Shown here in pieces: positions 1-8,285 of a DNA stretch of 64,000 bases (position 1 is its first letter; each line of letters opens with the position of its first letter). This DNA is from Staphylococcus phage VB_SavM_JYL01, in sequence record MH159197.1; one strand, given 5' to 3'. The notes beneath the pieces are model-generated. The model was not told where the DNA came from. It worked only from the letters and a program-made list of their open reading frames with translations, and searched no databases. The position numbers were made by a program, and so were the translations under genes.

Positions 1-42
1 TGTTATTGCCATTTAAAATCACTCCTTATTTGTTATGTACTA

Positions 43-71
43 ATCATATCATAGTAAGTCATATTTGTCAA
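43..71 (-). promoter_or_regulatory. sigma-A-type promoter (TTGACA-17-TATGAT) for a leftward gene whose ATG lies at 10-12 and whose body is beyond the left edge
   Basis: Minus strand reads TTGACA (66-71), a 17-nt spacer, then TATGAT (43-48). An AAGGAGTG Shine-Dalgarno (SD) and ATG (cat at 10-12; M-A-I-T visible) follow. Confidence 0.55.
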
Positions 72-104
72 CAAAAAAAAAGAAGAACTTTTTAAAGTTC
101 TTCT
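72..104 (-). terminator. intrinsic terminator of gene 92..355
   Basis: Hairpin agaagaac/gttcttct (81-88 and 97-104) followed on the minus strand by a 9-nt U-run (forward A-run 72-80). Confidence 0.6.
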
Positions 105-355
105 AAATGAGTTTCGTATATAACCTTTTGAATTTTATTTAGTGGTTCTAAATCTAAATTCCTAATAAGTTTTTCGTATTTTCTTGAATTCTTGAAGTTA
201 ATAGTATTAGGCATAGCAAGAGCTTCATCAACGTCTTTAGTATAGCTTACAACATCTGAATAGATATCTACTTCTTTTACATATAGACCCTGAGTTAAAC
301 TTCTAAATACTACCTCATTATGTGCTATAACTTCTTCTTTCTTTTCTATGCTCAT
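92..355 (-). CDS. hypothetical protein (87 aa)
   Basis: ORF track; clean ORF framed by promoter/terminator elements. Confidence 0.55.
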   Translation of the reverse strand: MSIEKKEEVIAHNEVVFRSLTQGLYVKEVDIYSDVVSYTKDVDEALAMPNTINFKNSRKYEKLIRNLDLEPLNKIQKVIYETHLEEL

Positions 356-371
356 TTGTAAACCTCCTGGT

Positions 372-545
372 TTATTCTACCCAAACAAGTACGTACTCTA
401 AGCTAGTTAATGATACTGATTTAATATTATTTAATTCTTGCAATTTCTTAATATCTACATCATAGTTTTTACTTATAGTCCATAATGTCTCTCCTGCTCT
501 TACTTTATGGTAATACTTATTCCCCTCTTTAATAAGGTCATCCAA
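372..545 (-). CDS. small LysM-domain protein (~57 aa, TTG start); missing from the ORF track because it is shorter than 60 aa
   Basis: Translation LDDLIKEGNKYYHKVRAGETLWTISKNYDVDIKKLQELNNIKSVSLTSLEYVLVWVE matches the LysM consensus (Y-x-V-k-x-G-D/E-T-L-w-x-I-a-x-x-Y-x-v-x-x-x-x-L-x-x-x-N). An AGGAGGT SD lies 9 nt upstream of the TTG. Confidence 0.5.
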   Translation of the reverse strand: MDDLIKEGNKYYHKVRAGETLWTISKNYDVDIKKLQELNNIKSVSLTSLEYVLVWVE

Positions 546-551
546 TATTAC

Positions 552-1130
552 CTACCTCCTTGAGTAATAATTAGCCTGTAGATAACATATAAGTATAAGA
601 ACAAAGTTTACAAATTCAGTAGCTATAATATGAACATAGGTATGTGATAAAACCATACTTACTATCAACGAAGCTAATCCTAATCCAATAATAAGGAATA
701 GAAATCTGTTTGTCCCTTCTGAACTTTTAGTTTTATAAAATGTTGTTATCTGAGTTACATACGCAAGGATAATAGTAATAGTTGCTACAGTTTGTGTTAA
801 GGCTGTAAAGTCACTTAATAAAAATAGTAACAATGAGAACACAATAATAAAAGGTATAGAGAAATAATCCTTTTTTCTATATGAAGCTACTAATAAGCAA
901 ACAATACCTAGAGTTAAATTAAGACCAACTGATACTACTTGAAACATTGTAGCATCAGTTAATAGTAAATTGTAAAAACTAATACCTACTGTAGCTACAA
1001 TTAAATACCAAAAATAACTACTAACTCCTTTAACACTATCCGATTTAACTAAAGCTATTAGACCTGGTATATAACCTACTGTAACTAATATAGCATATAA
1101 TATACTCAAGTAATGTGATAAATTATCCAT
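552..1130 (-). CDS. polytopic membrane protein, PnuC-like (nicotinamide riboside / nucleoside transporter family candidate)
   Basis: 192 aa with ~6 predicted TM helices. Family assignment rests on hydropathy pattern and context only. Confidence 0.45.
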   Translation of the reverse strand: MDNLSHYLSILYAILVTVGYIPGLIALVKSDSVKGVSSYFWYLIVATVGISFYNLLLTDATMFQVVSVGLNLTLGIVCLLVASYRKKDYFSIPFIIVFSLLLFLLSDFTALTQTVATITIILAYVTQITTFYKTKSSEGTNRFLFLIIGLGLASLIVSMVLSHTYVHIIATEFVNFVLILICYLQANYYSRR

Positions 1131-1749
1131 CTTGTTCTCCTAATTTCTCTAATATTTCTAAAACTTCTTCCCAAGAGATAAATCCTTCTCCGTCTGTTAA
1201 TTCCAAAACCATACCATAAACAAATTGATTTGTACTAAATTCAGCTCTGTCCGGGTCGTCATAACCTTTTCCATGTCCTTGACGAATATCCGAGCAATAA
1301 ATTAAAACAGGTTTATTTACAATATTTTCAAGTTTTTCTACGATTAATTCCTCTTCTTCACTTAACCAAGTTTCAAATCTATCTGATATATAATTAAAGT
1401 GTTCTTCTCCATTATCATATATATGGTTAATAGTTTCTTGTGCTTGATGCTTCATACCTAGTAAAATACCAAGTTCTGCAATCGTTCCTAGCCCCTCATT
1501 AAGAATATCAAACACAAATATATCTGAGTCTTGCATAGCTTTAAAGTCATTGTTTAAAATGCGCTCTGCTAAACCAGTTTGTTCTGCATTAGCCTTATCA
1601 TTAATTGATTTATCTTTATGAGGGCTGTAAGGAGTGACTCCTACAATACCTTCTACTTGCTTATGCTGTTTGTCTCTATAATCTACCATAGCTTGGTTAA
1701 GTAGATGACCTCCCATATAAATTACTTTGTCTTTAATATAATTAACCAT
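1123..1749 (-). CDS. nucleoside 2-deoxyribosyltransferase-like protein (Ndt/Rcl fold)
   Basis: N-terminal IYMGG..., then DSDIFVFD and EGLGTIAELGILLG blocks resembling the Ndt family (IYFGAGWF / DVGLGMELGY). Confidence 0.55.
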   Translation of the reverse strand: MVNYIKDKVIYMGGHLLNQAMVDYRDKQHKQVEGIVGVTPYSPHKDKSINDKANAEQTGLAERILNNDFKAMQDSDIFVFDILNEGLGTIAELGILLGMKHQAQETINHIYDNGEEHFNYISDRFETWLSEEEELIVEKLENIVNKPVLIYCSDIRQGHGKGYDDPDRAEFSTNQFVYGMVLELTDGEGFISWEEVLEILEKLGEQDG

Positions 1750-2635
1750 TTATAGTATCTCCTTTTTCTTCTAGAATACCTCTTAAAATGTGTGGCATCT
1801 TTTTCTTAATTTGTTTTTCTATAATTTTCATCATATTTTCTTTTTCTTCTTCCATAATATCATCAACAAAATTTTGACCTACTTGTTTCATAATTAAACC
1901 AAAATTTTCTAATTCTAAATCATCTTCAGACAATCTGTTTTCTTCTATAGCTCTAAAAATCATTTTTTCCATTCTTGATTTTGTGATAGCATAATCTGCC
2001 ACAGAATCATTACTTCTAACTTCTGATTTCATTTTCTTACGACTAAACTCTTTAAATTCCTTAGATACTAATTTAAAGTAATCATCATGTTCTGATTTAC
2101 CATCTAAATATTTAATAACAATACCTTCTCCTGTATTAGGTTTAACAGTCATATCTGATTGTCCTACTAAATCTTGAATTTCTTGAGGATTTAATTCATT
2201 AAGATAAAAAGATGGTTCTACAATCATTAAAGTTTTTACAGTTTTCAAACCTAATGTTTCTGATAAAGAAATGACTTCTGAATGAGGTAAATAGGTTTCA
2301 CTATCCTTATCGTATACATCGAATACATAAAAATCATTATAACAATCTTCTTTATAATTTACCTTATGTTTAACTAACCATTCTCCAAATATAATAATAC
2401 CTTCTAATATAGATAAATCTAATTTATCTGTCATGTTTTCATGTACCCAATTATAAAAACCGTTTAATGTTTCGTTTTCATTTAATTTTTTTCTACGAGA
2501 GAAACAGACTAACTCACCATTCTCGGTAGTAAAACTTGCGTTGCTTCCATCTAATTTTTCTTGAATTACAAAACCTCTATCTTTAAATTTGTCTAAAGAT
2601 AATCCTTTATTTTTTACTTTAGTATAAGATTTCAT
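1742..2635 (-). CDS. ATP-dependent RNA/DNA ligase (covalent nucleotidyltransferase superfamily)
   Basis: Motif I EKLDGSN (KxDG), motif III FGEWL, motif IV DGEGIVIK, motif V KLVSKEFK. Confidence 0.7.
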   Translation of the reverse strand: MKSYTKVKNKGLSLDKFKDRGFVIQEKLDGSNASFTTENGELVCFSRRKKLNENETLNGFYNWVHENMTDKLDLSILEGIIIFGEWLVKHKVNYKEDCYNDFYVFDVYDKDSETYLPHSEVISLSETLGLKTVKTLMIVEPSFYLNELNPQEIQDLVGQSDMTVKPNTGEGIVIKYLDGKSEHDDYFKLVSKEFKEFSRKKMKSEVRSNDSVADYAITKSRMEKMIFRAIEENRLSEDDLELENFGLIMKQVGQNFVDDIMEEEKENMMKIIEKQIKKKMPHILRGILEEKGDTING

Positions 2636-2638
2636 TAA

Positions 2639-2863
2639 TTAGTTATCCTCCTTTGAATTATGTACTATTGAAAATAAAATAAGACTTACACTTGCTAAAA
2701 ATGCTAATACCACTAAACCAGGTAAATTTAGAACTGTTGATAAGAATAATGATATTGCACTTATAATATAAACTAAACCGCTTAGAAATAAAGTTAATAA
2801 TACAATTGTTATAAGTTTTACCAACCAACTGTTATTAATAAATACCTTAGCTAAATAATTCAT
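2639..2863 (-). CDS. small membrane protein (74 aa, 2 TM)
   Basis: ORF track; hydrophobic. Confidence 0.5.
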   Translation of the reverse strand: MNYLAKVFINNSWLVKLITIVLLTLFLSGLVYIISAISLFLSTVLNLPGLVVLAFLASVSLILFSIVHNSKEDN

Positions 2864-2892
2864 AAAAAATCCTCCTTAGTTATTATAAAGTA

Positions 2893-2921
2893 AGTATATC
2901 ATAACTAAAGAGGTTTGTCAA
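2893..2921 (-). promoter_or_regulatory. sigma-A consensus promoter (TTGACA-17-TATACT) for 2639..2863 and downstream genes
   Basis: Minus strand: TTGACA (2916-2921), 17-nt spacer, TATACT (2893-2898). Confidence 0.6.
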
Positions 2922-2930
2922 CATATTATT

Positions 2931-3671
2931 TTACCATTTAAAATTGTCTGCGTACTGAGCTAACTTAGAACGGAAATTAACTGTAAAATTATGGAATACC
3001 GCACCATCATAATTTTTAAAATATTCCATATAATCTCCAAAACCTGATTTACTTTCATTTTTTAAATCTATTTGCTTGAAATTTCCTTCAACTATTACTG
3101 TAGAATTTTTTGTATGAATCCTTGTAAGTACTTTCTTAAGTTCACTTCGTTTAAAGTTTTGTGCTTCATTTATAATTATAGTAGCATCCCTTAAATTACC
3201 GCCTCTTAAAAATAAATGTGATATTTGGGATACCCAACATTCACCTAATTTATCTTCTTTGACATTATCTTCCATCATTAACATTTCGGTTATTTGTTGT
3301 TCAGGACTCATATTAAGTTCAATAAGGGCATCATGTAATCCCATGAAATAAGCCATTTCTTTTTCTGTTTGGTTACCAGGTCTACTACCTAAATCTTCTG
3401 ATACAGGTGAAATTACAAATACTAATTTTCTGTTCTTATTTAGATAATCAGCATAAGCACAAGCTACTGAACACATTGTTTTACCCGTACCGGCTTGACT
3501 TTCATTCCAAAGTATTTCAACATTATCATTAAAGAAATCCTCACAGAAATCTAATTGCTCAGTTGTAGCTTTTTCAAGGAATTCATTGAATACTAGATGT
3601 TCTCCCATGTTATATCTTACATTAGGATAATCCTTTAACTTAAAGTCTAACTCTTTTAGTTGTATTGCCAT
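2931..3671 (-). CDS. phoH: PhoH-like ATPase
   Basis: Walker A SQAGTGKT plus PhoH-family overall pattern, 246 aa. Confidence 0.8.
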   Translation of the reverse strand: MAIQLKELDFKLKDYPNVRYNMGEHLVFNEFLEKATTEQLDFCEDFFNDNVEILWNESQAGTGKTMCSVACAYADYLNKNRKLVFVISPVSEDLGSRPGNQTEKEMAYFMGLHDALIELNMSPEQQITEMLMMEDNVKEDKLGECWVSQISHLFLRGGNLRDATIIINEAQNFKRSELKKVLTRIHTKNSTVIVEGNFKQIDLKNESKSGFGDYMEYFKNYDGAVFHNFTVNFRSKLAQYADNFKW

Positions 3672-3722
3672 ATTTTAAAGTTCCCCTATCTATAAATAGT
3701 TTTACTCTCTTTTAATATAGTA

Positions 3723-4337
3723 CTAATTACCTATATATTCACCTGTTGAAGAACAATAGTTACTGCAGTTACATTCAGGATAATTTTCACAAACTTCTTC
3801 ATCTTCATCATCAAATAAGTCTTCATGATAAATACTAGAATCAAAATCTACAATACAATTTTCCCCTTTACCTTTAGATATGCCTGTGTAAATAACTTCA
3901 TCAACCATATCCCAATCATTACTTACTAAGTAATTTACAGTATTTGATACTGAATCATTATCAGGTAAGTAGATATCACCATCTGTAAACTTAATTAAAA
4001 TATCTCCTTGAGGGAGTACATCATTAATTAAATCAATTTCTGTTTCTTCTTCAATTGTAAATACAGTTCCTTCTAGCTTTTCAGGAGTAGTATGTGTTAA
4101 ATGTTTAACATCTTCTCCTGATTCTTCATAAAATCCTACTGCATTCATTTCCTTGTTATACTTTGCAATAAATTTACCATTATCACTGACTAAATATTGA
4201 CTGTTTGCATTATAATCTTCTGCATCTTCTAAAGTCATAGATGGGTTATGGTCTTTAACATAATAACTAATTTTTCTAACATCTGTTGTTTGAATTTTCT
4301 TTCCTTCACCTTTAATTACTGAATTAATTTTTTTCAT
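3723..4337 (-). CDS. hypothetical acidic protein with Cys-rich C-terminus (CENYPECNCSNYC)
   Basis: ORF track. Confidence 0.5.
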   Translation of the reverse strand: MKKINSVIKGEGKKIQTTDVRKISYYVKDHNPSMTLEDAEDYNANSQYLVSDNGKFIAKYNKEMNAVGFYEESGEDVKHLTHTTPEKLEGTVFTIEEETEIDLINDVLPQGDILIKFTDGDIYLPDNDSVSNTVNYLVSNDWDMVDEVIYTGISKGKGENCIVDFDSSIYHEDLFDDEDEEVCENYPECNCSNYCSSTGEYIGN

Positions 4338-4352
4338 AATATTTTCTCCTTT

Positions 4353-4778
4353 TTATATATCAATTGATTTTTTTGCAAGATTATCAGCGTAGTCATTCCA
4401 TTTATCATTTGAGTGGCTTTTTACTTTTACAAAGTTTATATCTATTACTTTTTGGTATTCTCGTATCATATTAATATATGTTTTACTTAGAATATTTCTT
4501 GCAGACCAAGTACCTTCATACCAATGTATTAAACCAATATAATCTATATAAACTATTGCCTGATTGTATCCTAATTTTATAGCCTCTTCGATACCATAAC
4601 AACAAGCTAATATTTCACCTGCAACATTATTATACTTTATCAATCCTGGTTTGTCAACACTTTTACTAATTTCCGCTATTATATTTCCTTCTTTACTTAC
4701 TAAGACAGCACCTGAGCCTACTTTACCTTTATTATAAGATGAGCTACCGTCTGTGTATATATTTACACTATCCTGCAT
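4353..4778 (-). CDS. rnhA: ribonuclease H (RNase HI type)
   Basis: IYTDGS...NNVAGE...HSNDKWNDYAD catalytic pattern (DEDD). Start reassigned to the internal Met (cat 4776-4778), which has a GGAGG SD 10 nt upstream. The track ORF ran to 4907 without an RBS. Confidence 0.8.
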   Translation of the reverse strand: MQDSVNIYTDGSSSYNKGKVGSGAVLVSKEGNIIAEISKSVDKPGLIKYNNVAGEILACCYGIEEAIKLGYNQAIVYIDYIGLIHWYEGTWSARNILSKTYINMIREYQKVIDINFVKVKSHSNDKWNDYADNLAKKSIDI

Positions 4779-4959
4779 ATTTATAATCCTCCATAAATTG
4801 AGGGAATTCACAATCTGAATATACTTCTCTGCAGAAAGATACTGAAATATAATTAAAATCAAAACATTTGAAACAGTGTTCTTGAACTTCTTTTTTGTCT
4901 TTAGCAATCACATTAAATTTAAAACCATCAGCTATTACTGTAAATACTCCTTTTTTCAT
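4768..4959 (-). CDS. small Cys-containing protein (63 aa; HCFKCF...C...C possible Zn ribbon)
   Basis: GGAGGT SD 10 nt upstream of the ATG at 4959. Overlaps the rnh start by 11 nt. Confidence 0.5.
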   Translation of the reverse strand: MKKGVFTVIADGFKFNVIAKDKKEVQEHCFKCFDFNYISVSFCREVYSDCEFPQFMEDYKYAG

Positions 4960-4981
4960 AAAACAAATACCTCCACTAATT

Positions 4982-5623
4982 TTATTTTAAATTAATAACT
5001 AACTCAATAAACGATTTAATAGTTTTATTTTTACCTTCATCAATATCTGAAAAGAAATTAATTAAACTATCATCTTCATCAAATAAATCTTCAACATCAT
5101 CAAATTTATTTAATATATCTGTAACACTATAACCTTCTTCTGATATATACTCATGCAAGTCTTCTCCATCCTCTGACAGAGTTGCTTCTATCTTACCATT
5201 CTTACTTTCAATTAAATACAAAGTATTTAATACTTTAATAGAATCTACTACTACACTGTAATTACTAATAGTAGGATACTCTGTATAAAGTATTTCCACA
5301 TTAGTATTCATATAACTATCAATTACAGAATTAACTGTGTCCCTTTTTAATTCAGATACATTATGTTTTCGTATAGTAGGGAATTCTTCGTCATATTCTA
5401 CTAATTCTTTTCTATCTGTATTCAATAATTTGTCTAAAGAAGATAATAATACTATTTTATATTGATTGTCCGGTAGACTATCTGTAATTTCCATAATGGT
5501 TAAAAAAGTATCTTCACCTAAAACTTTATTTATATCTTGTAATTCAAATGAATCTACCATTTCAATAGTATCATCTATATCATCTGTAGTCATTAAAAAA
5601 TTAACTAAATTATTATTCTCCAT
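4982..5623 (-). CDS. hypothetical acidic protein (213 aa)
   Basis: ORF track. Confidence 0.55.
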   Translation of the reverse strand: MENNNLVNFLMTTDDIDDTIEMVDSFELQDINKVLGEDTFLTIMEITDSLPDNQYKIVLLSSLDKLLNTDRKELVEYDEEFPTIRKHNVSELKRDTVNSVIDSYMNTNVEILYTEYPTISNYSVVVDSIKVLNTLYLIESKNGKIEATLSEDGEDLHEYISEEGYSVTDILNKFDDVEDLFDEDDSLINFFSDIDEGKNKTIKSFIELVINLK

Positions 5624-5843
5624 CGTCTTCCTCCAATTCTTTAAATAGCTCTTTACCTGGAGTATTTAACGCCTTCTCTAACCTCATTAAATTAGCACTT
5701 CTTGGTTTCTTTTTACCATACTCCCAATAAGATATAAGAGAATAATGGACTCCTATCTCAGAAGCTAGGCTTCTTAATGTATGTCCTTTTTCTACTCTAA
5801 TTTTTTGAAGATTTAGAGGTTTACTTTCCTTTTTTTCATCCAT
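5613..5843 (-). CDS. XRE-family helix-turn-helix transcriptional regulator
   Basis: LRSLASEIGVHYSLISYWEYGKKKPRSANLMRLEKAL is a canonical HTH_3 pattern. Confidence 0.75.
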   Translation of the reverse strand: MDEKKESKPLNLQKIRVEKGHTLRSLASEIGVHYSLISYWEYGKKKPRSANLMRLEKALNTPGKELFKELEEDDGE

Positions 5844-5845
5844 AA

Positions 5846-6073
5846 CTATTTCTCCTCTACTTTTAAAAATTTAAAATCCTCAGATGCTTTTGCATTTTTT
5901 AGTATATACTCTTGTGATTTATTTCTTGCCTCTGCTTTACTTTTAGCATATAACTCTATATGAAATACATGAGGTTTTTTTAAAGATGGTGATTCATATC
6001 TCCAATAAACTTTAAAAAGTAGTGTTTCTTTTTTTAGAACATTAATTCTAAACCATCTTTTAAATTTATTCAT
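5846..6073 (-). CDS. small basic protein (75 aa)
   Basis: ORF track; lies directly downstream of the consensus promoter at 6106-6134. Confidence 0.5.
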   Translation of the reverse strand: MNKFKRWFRINVLKKETLLFKVYWRYESPSLKKPHVFHIELYAKSKAEARNKSQEYILKNAKASEDFKFLKVEEK

Positions 6074-6105
6074 TCATTATCCTCCTTTATTTATTTGTTA
6101 AACTA

Positions 6106-6134
6106 ATTATAGCATAGTTAACTTATGAAGTCAA
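6106..6134 (-). promoter_or_regulatory. sigma-A consensus promoter (TTGACT-17-TATAAT)
   Basis: Minus strand: TTGACT (6129-6134), 17-nt spacer, TATAAT (6106-6111). Confidence 0.6.
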
Positions 6135-6144
6135 CTATAATATA

Positions 6145-6174
6145 CAAAAAAGACTAAGAAATTAATCTTAGTCT
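6145..6174 (-). terminator. intrinsic terminator of 6182..6874
   Basis: Hairpin agactaaga/tcttagtct followed by a U6 run on the minus strand. Confidence 0.6.
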
Positions 6175-6181
6175 TAATATA

Positions 6182-6874
6182 TTAATAACTATTATGTGCG
6201 TTGTGGTATGCAAGAGCTCCTGATGTTGAACCGTAACGGTCAATCATATATTGTTTTGCACCTTTAGTTTGTTCTGCTATAGAACCCCCACTCCATGATT
6301 TACCTAATCCTTGGAATAGTCCTTGAGCTCCTGATGATGCATTAACGGCATTAGGATTCAGTGTAGATTCACGCATAGCAATTTCAATCATTGCCTCGTC
6401 TCCACCTGCTTGTCTAATTTGTTCTGCTACAGAACCTCCTGTAGAACTAGTTGATTGTGTAGGTTGTTTAGTTTCTTTTTGAACTGGTGCTGATGTTGGT
6501 TGTACTTCTTTTTTAGTATCTTGTTTATTTTGAGTATCAAATTGCGCTTGTTGTTGGTCTACTTTTTGTTCAGGTGTTTGTTCTTCTCCTGCTAATCTAG
6601 ATACTGTATTATCTACTTGAGTTGAACCTGAGTGATATTCGTATCCAAAATTACCATTATAATTATAGAAATGATAAGTAAATTCTCCGTCACTGAATGA
6701 GAAATCATAGTTACCTTCTTGAATTGGTTTTGTATTTACTTCTACTGAATTTGATTTAGCTTGTTCTGCTAACTTATTATAATCAATTTCGTCTGCACTA
6801 GCTTCGTTTGTAGCAATACCTCCAAAAGTAATAGCCGTACCTAATGCTAATGTTGCAAAAATTGTTTTCTTCAT
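6182..6874 (-). CDS. secreted IsaA/SceD-like lytic transglycosylase (Sec signal peptide, then a lysozyme-like domain)
   Basis: N-terminus MKKTIFATLALGTAITFGGIATNEASA is a typical signal peptide. The C-terminus AMRESTLNPNAVNASSGAQGLFQ aligns with the IsaA transglycosylase core (ARESNG..N.SGA.GLFQ). Confidence 0.7.
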   Translation of the reverse strand: MKKTIFATLALGTAITFGGIATNEASADEIDYNKLAEQAKSNSVEVNTKPIQEGNYDFSFSDGEFTYHFYNYNGNFGYEYHSGSTQVDNTVSRLAGEEQTPEQKVDQQQAQFDTQNKQDTKKEVQPTSAPVQKETKQPTQSTSSTGGSVAEQIRQAGGDEAMIEIAMRESTLNPNAVNASSGAQGLFQGLGKSWSGGSIAEQTKGAKQYMIDRYGSTSGALAYHNAHNSY

Positions 6875-7038
6875 AAATTTAAAACTCCTTAAATAATTTT
6901 TTAGAATTGTTTATTTGTAAATCGACATAAGTAATCATAACATATATCTTTAAATAACGCAAGTATAATATAGCACTAATTAGTGTAATATTATTAAAGT
7001 TTTATTACAAACATTACAGTTATCAGATAATTAAAGAC

Positions 7039-7062
7039 AAAAAAAGAGAGGTATTAACCTCC
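7039..7062 (-). terminator. weak intrinsic terminator of 7071..7865
   Basis: Short gaggt/acctc stem with a U-run on the minus strand. Confidence 0.35.
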
Positions 7063-7070
7063 CTAATTTA

Positions 7071-7865
7071 TTATTTCCCTGTTACGTCTACGATAGTTCC
7101 GTCTCCGCCAATTTGAATAGGTTGTTTACCATCCCATTTTTCAATTAACTGTTGACGTAATATCTTATCAGATAAAGAAGATTCTCTAATCTCATTGGCT
7201 TTTTTATCACCATTAGCTTCTACTTCTTTTTTCTTAGCATTTTGTTCAGCAATTTGTTTATCAACTTTAGTACGTTCTAACTCTTGGTTAGCTTTAACAC
7301 GGCTGTCAATTGCTTTTTGAGTGTTCTTATCTGCTTTAGGGCTAGATAATGCAATATCCTCAATTACAAATCCTTGTTTTTCTAAGTTATCATTTAAGCT
7401 ATCTAAAGTATCTTTTTTAATTTCTCCTGTCTTAACACCAAATGCATCAATTACAGAATATTTAGATACTGCCTGACGAACATTATCTTGCACACGTGAA
7501 CGCAAGTATCCTTTTTCTAGTTCTTCAATATCTGCACTACCAAAACGATTAAATAAATCTACAGCTTTAGTTGCATCTACTTTATAAGATACATCAATAT
7601 CCATTTGTAAATTTTTGCCGTCTGAAGTTGCTACATTTAAATCTTTATATTTATGTGTTTGTGTTTTAGTTGGATATTTATTTACCTTATCAAAAGGTGC
7701 TGTTAAGTGCCAACCAGGTGATTTAGTATCTTCCTTAACACCATTTACTGAGTATACAACTCCAACATGACCTTGTGGAATCTTTGTAATACACATTAAT
7801 AAAATAATAAATCCTATAATTGCTAAAAACCCTAATACTCCTGAAATAACTACTGACTTTCTCAT
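7071..7865 (-). CDS. SPFH/band-7 (stomatin/flotillin-like) membrane protein
   Basis: N-terminal TM, then GHVGVVYSVNGVKEDTKSPGWHLTAPFDKV (SPFH beta-sheet signature), then a long coiled-coil tail. Confidence 0.65.
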   Translation of the reverse strand: MRKSVVISGVLGFLAIIGFIILLMCITKIPQGHVGVVYSVNGVKEDTKSPGWHLTAPFDKVNKYPTKTQTHKYKDLNVATSDGKNLQMDIDVSYKVDATKAVDLFNRFGSADIEELEKGYLRSRVQDNVRQAVSKYSVIDAFGVKTGEIKKDTLDSLNDNLEKQGFVIEDIALSSPKADKNTQKAIDSRVKANQELERTKVDKQIAEQNAKKKEVEANGDKKANEIRESSLSDKILRQQLIEKWDGKQPIQIGGDGTIVDVTGK

Positions 7866-8173
7866 TACATTTCTCCTTTTTCTATTTCTTTTATTAAGCT
7901 ATTTAAAGCTTTTTCCTCTTGGTCTATTTCTTGCTTATCGGCTCTAGTTACAATTGATTGTCTGCGGTCGTTTAAGAATTGTTTTTTATACTTTACATAT
8001 TGTTCTAAACCGTATTCATCTAATGTACCTTGCCTAACTAATTCCCTGTATTGTTTTCTTATGTTACTTTTCTTTTCTTTCATTGAAAGAAAATCGAATA
8101 CATAACTTATACCAAAACCTACAAGGACTAGAAAAACAATAAAAATAGCAAAGTATGTTAAAAATAATGCCAT
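7865..8173 (-). CDS. small membrane protein translationally coupled to the SPFH gene (NfeD-like partner candidate)
   Basis: 102 aa with an N-terminal TM. Its stop overlaps the SPFH start (ATGA). Confidence 0.5.
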   Translation of the reverse strand: MALFLTYFAIFIVFLVLVGFGISYVFDFLSMKEKKSNIRKQYRELVRQGTLDEYGLEQYVKYKKQFLNDRRQSIVTRADKQEIDQEEKALNSLIKEIEKGEM

Positions 8174-8204
8174 GTAATTCCTCCTTTATTTGATTACATA
8201 TATA

Positions 8205-8233
8205 ACTATACACTATGTATTTAATTTTGTCAA
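8205..8233 (-). promoter_or_regulatory. sigma-A consensus promoter (TTGACA-17-TATAGT)
   Basis: Minus strand: TTGACA (8228-8233), 17-nt spacer, TATAGT (8205-8210). AAAGGAGG SD precedes the ATG at 8173. Confidence 0.6.
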
Positions 8234-8244
8234 CACTTTTTTGC

Positions 8245-8275
8245 AAAAAAAATAGACGGATTTTAAATCCGTCTA
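8245..8275 (-). terminator. intrinsic terminator of the endolysin gene
   Basis: Hairpin tagacgga/tccgtcta followed by a U8 run on the minus strand. Confidence 0.65.
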
Positions 8276-8285
8276 AATTTCTATT

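Noticed and set aside
4779-4907. N-terminal 43-aa extension of the RNase H ORF in the track
   Set aside because: It has no RBS and overlaps the upstream small gene. A GGAGG SD precedes the internal Met at 4778, which starts the conserved RNase H fold.
5466-5648. 60-aa plus-strand ORF antisense to 4982..5623
   Set aside because: It is nested antisense within a longer minus-strand gene, in a region where all genes run leftward, and has no RBS.
8064-8246. 60-aa minus ORF spanning the 7865..8173 start region and its promoter/terminator
   Set aside because: It overlaps the consensus promoter and terminator elements and the N-terminus of a better-supported gene.
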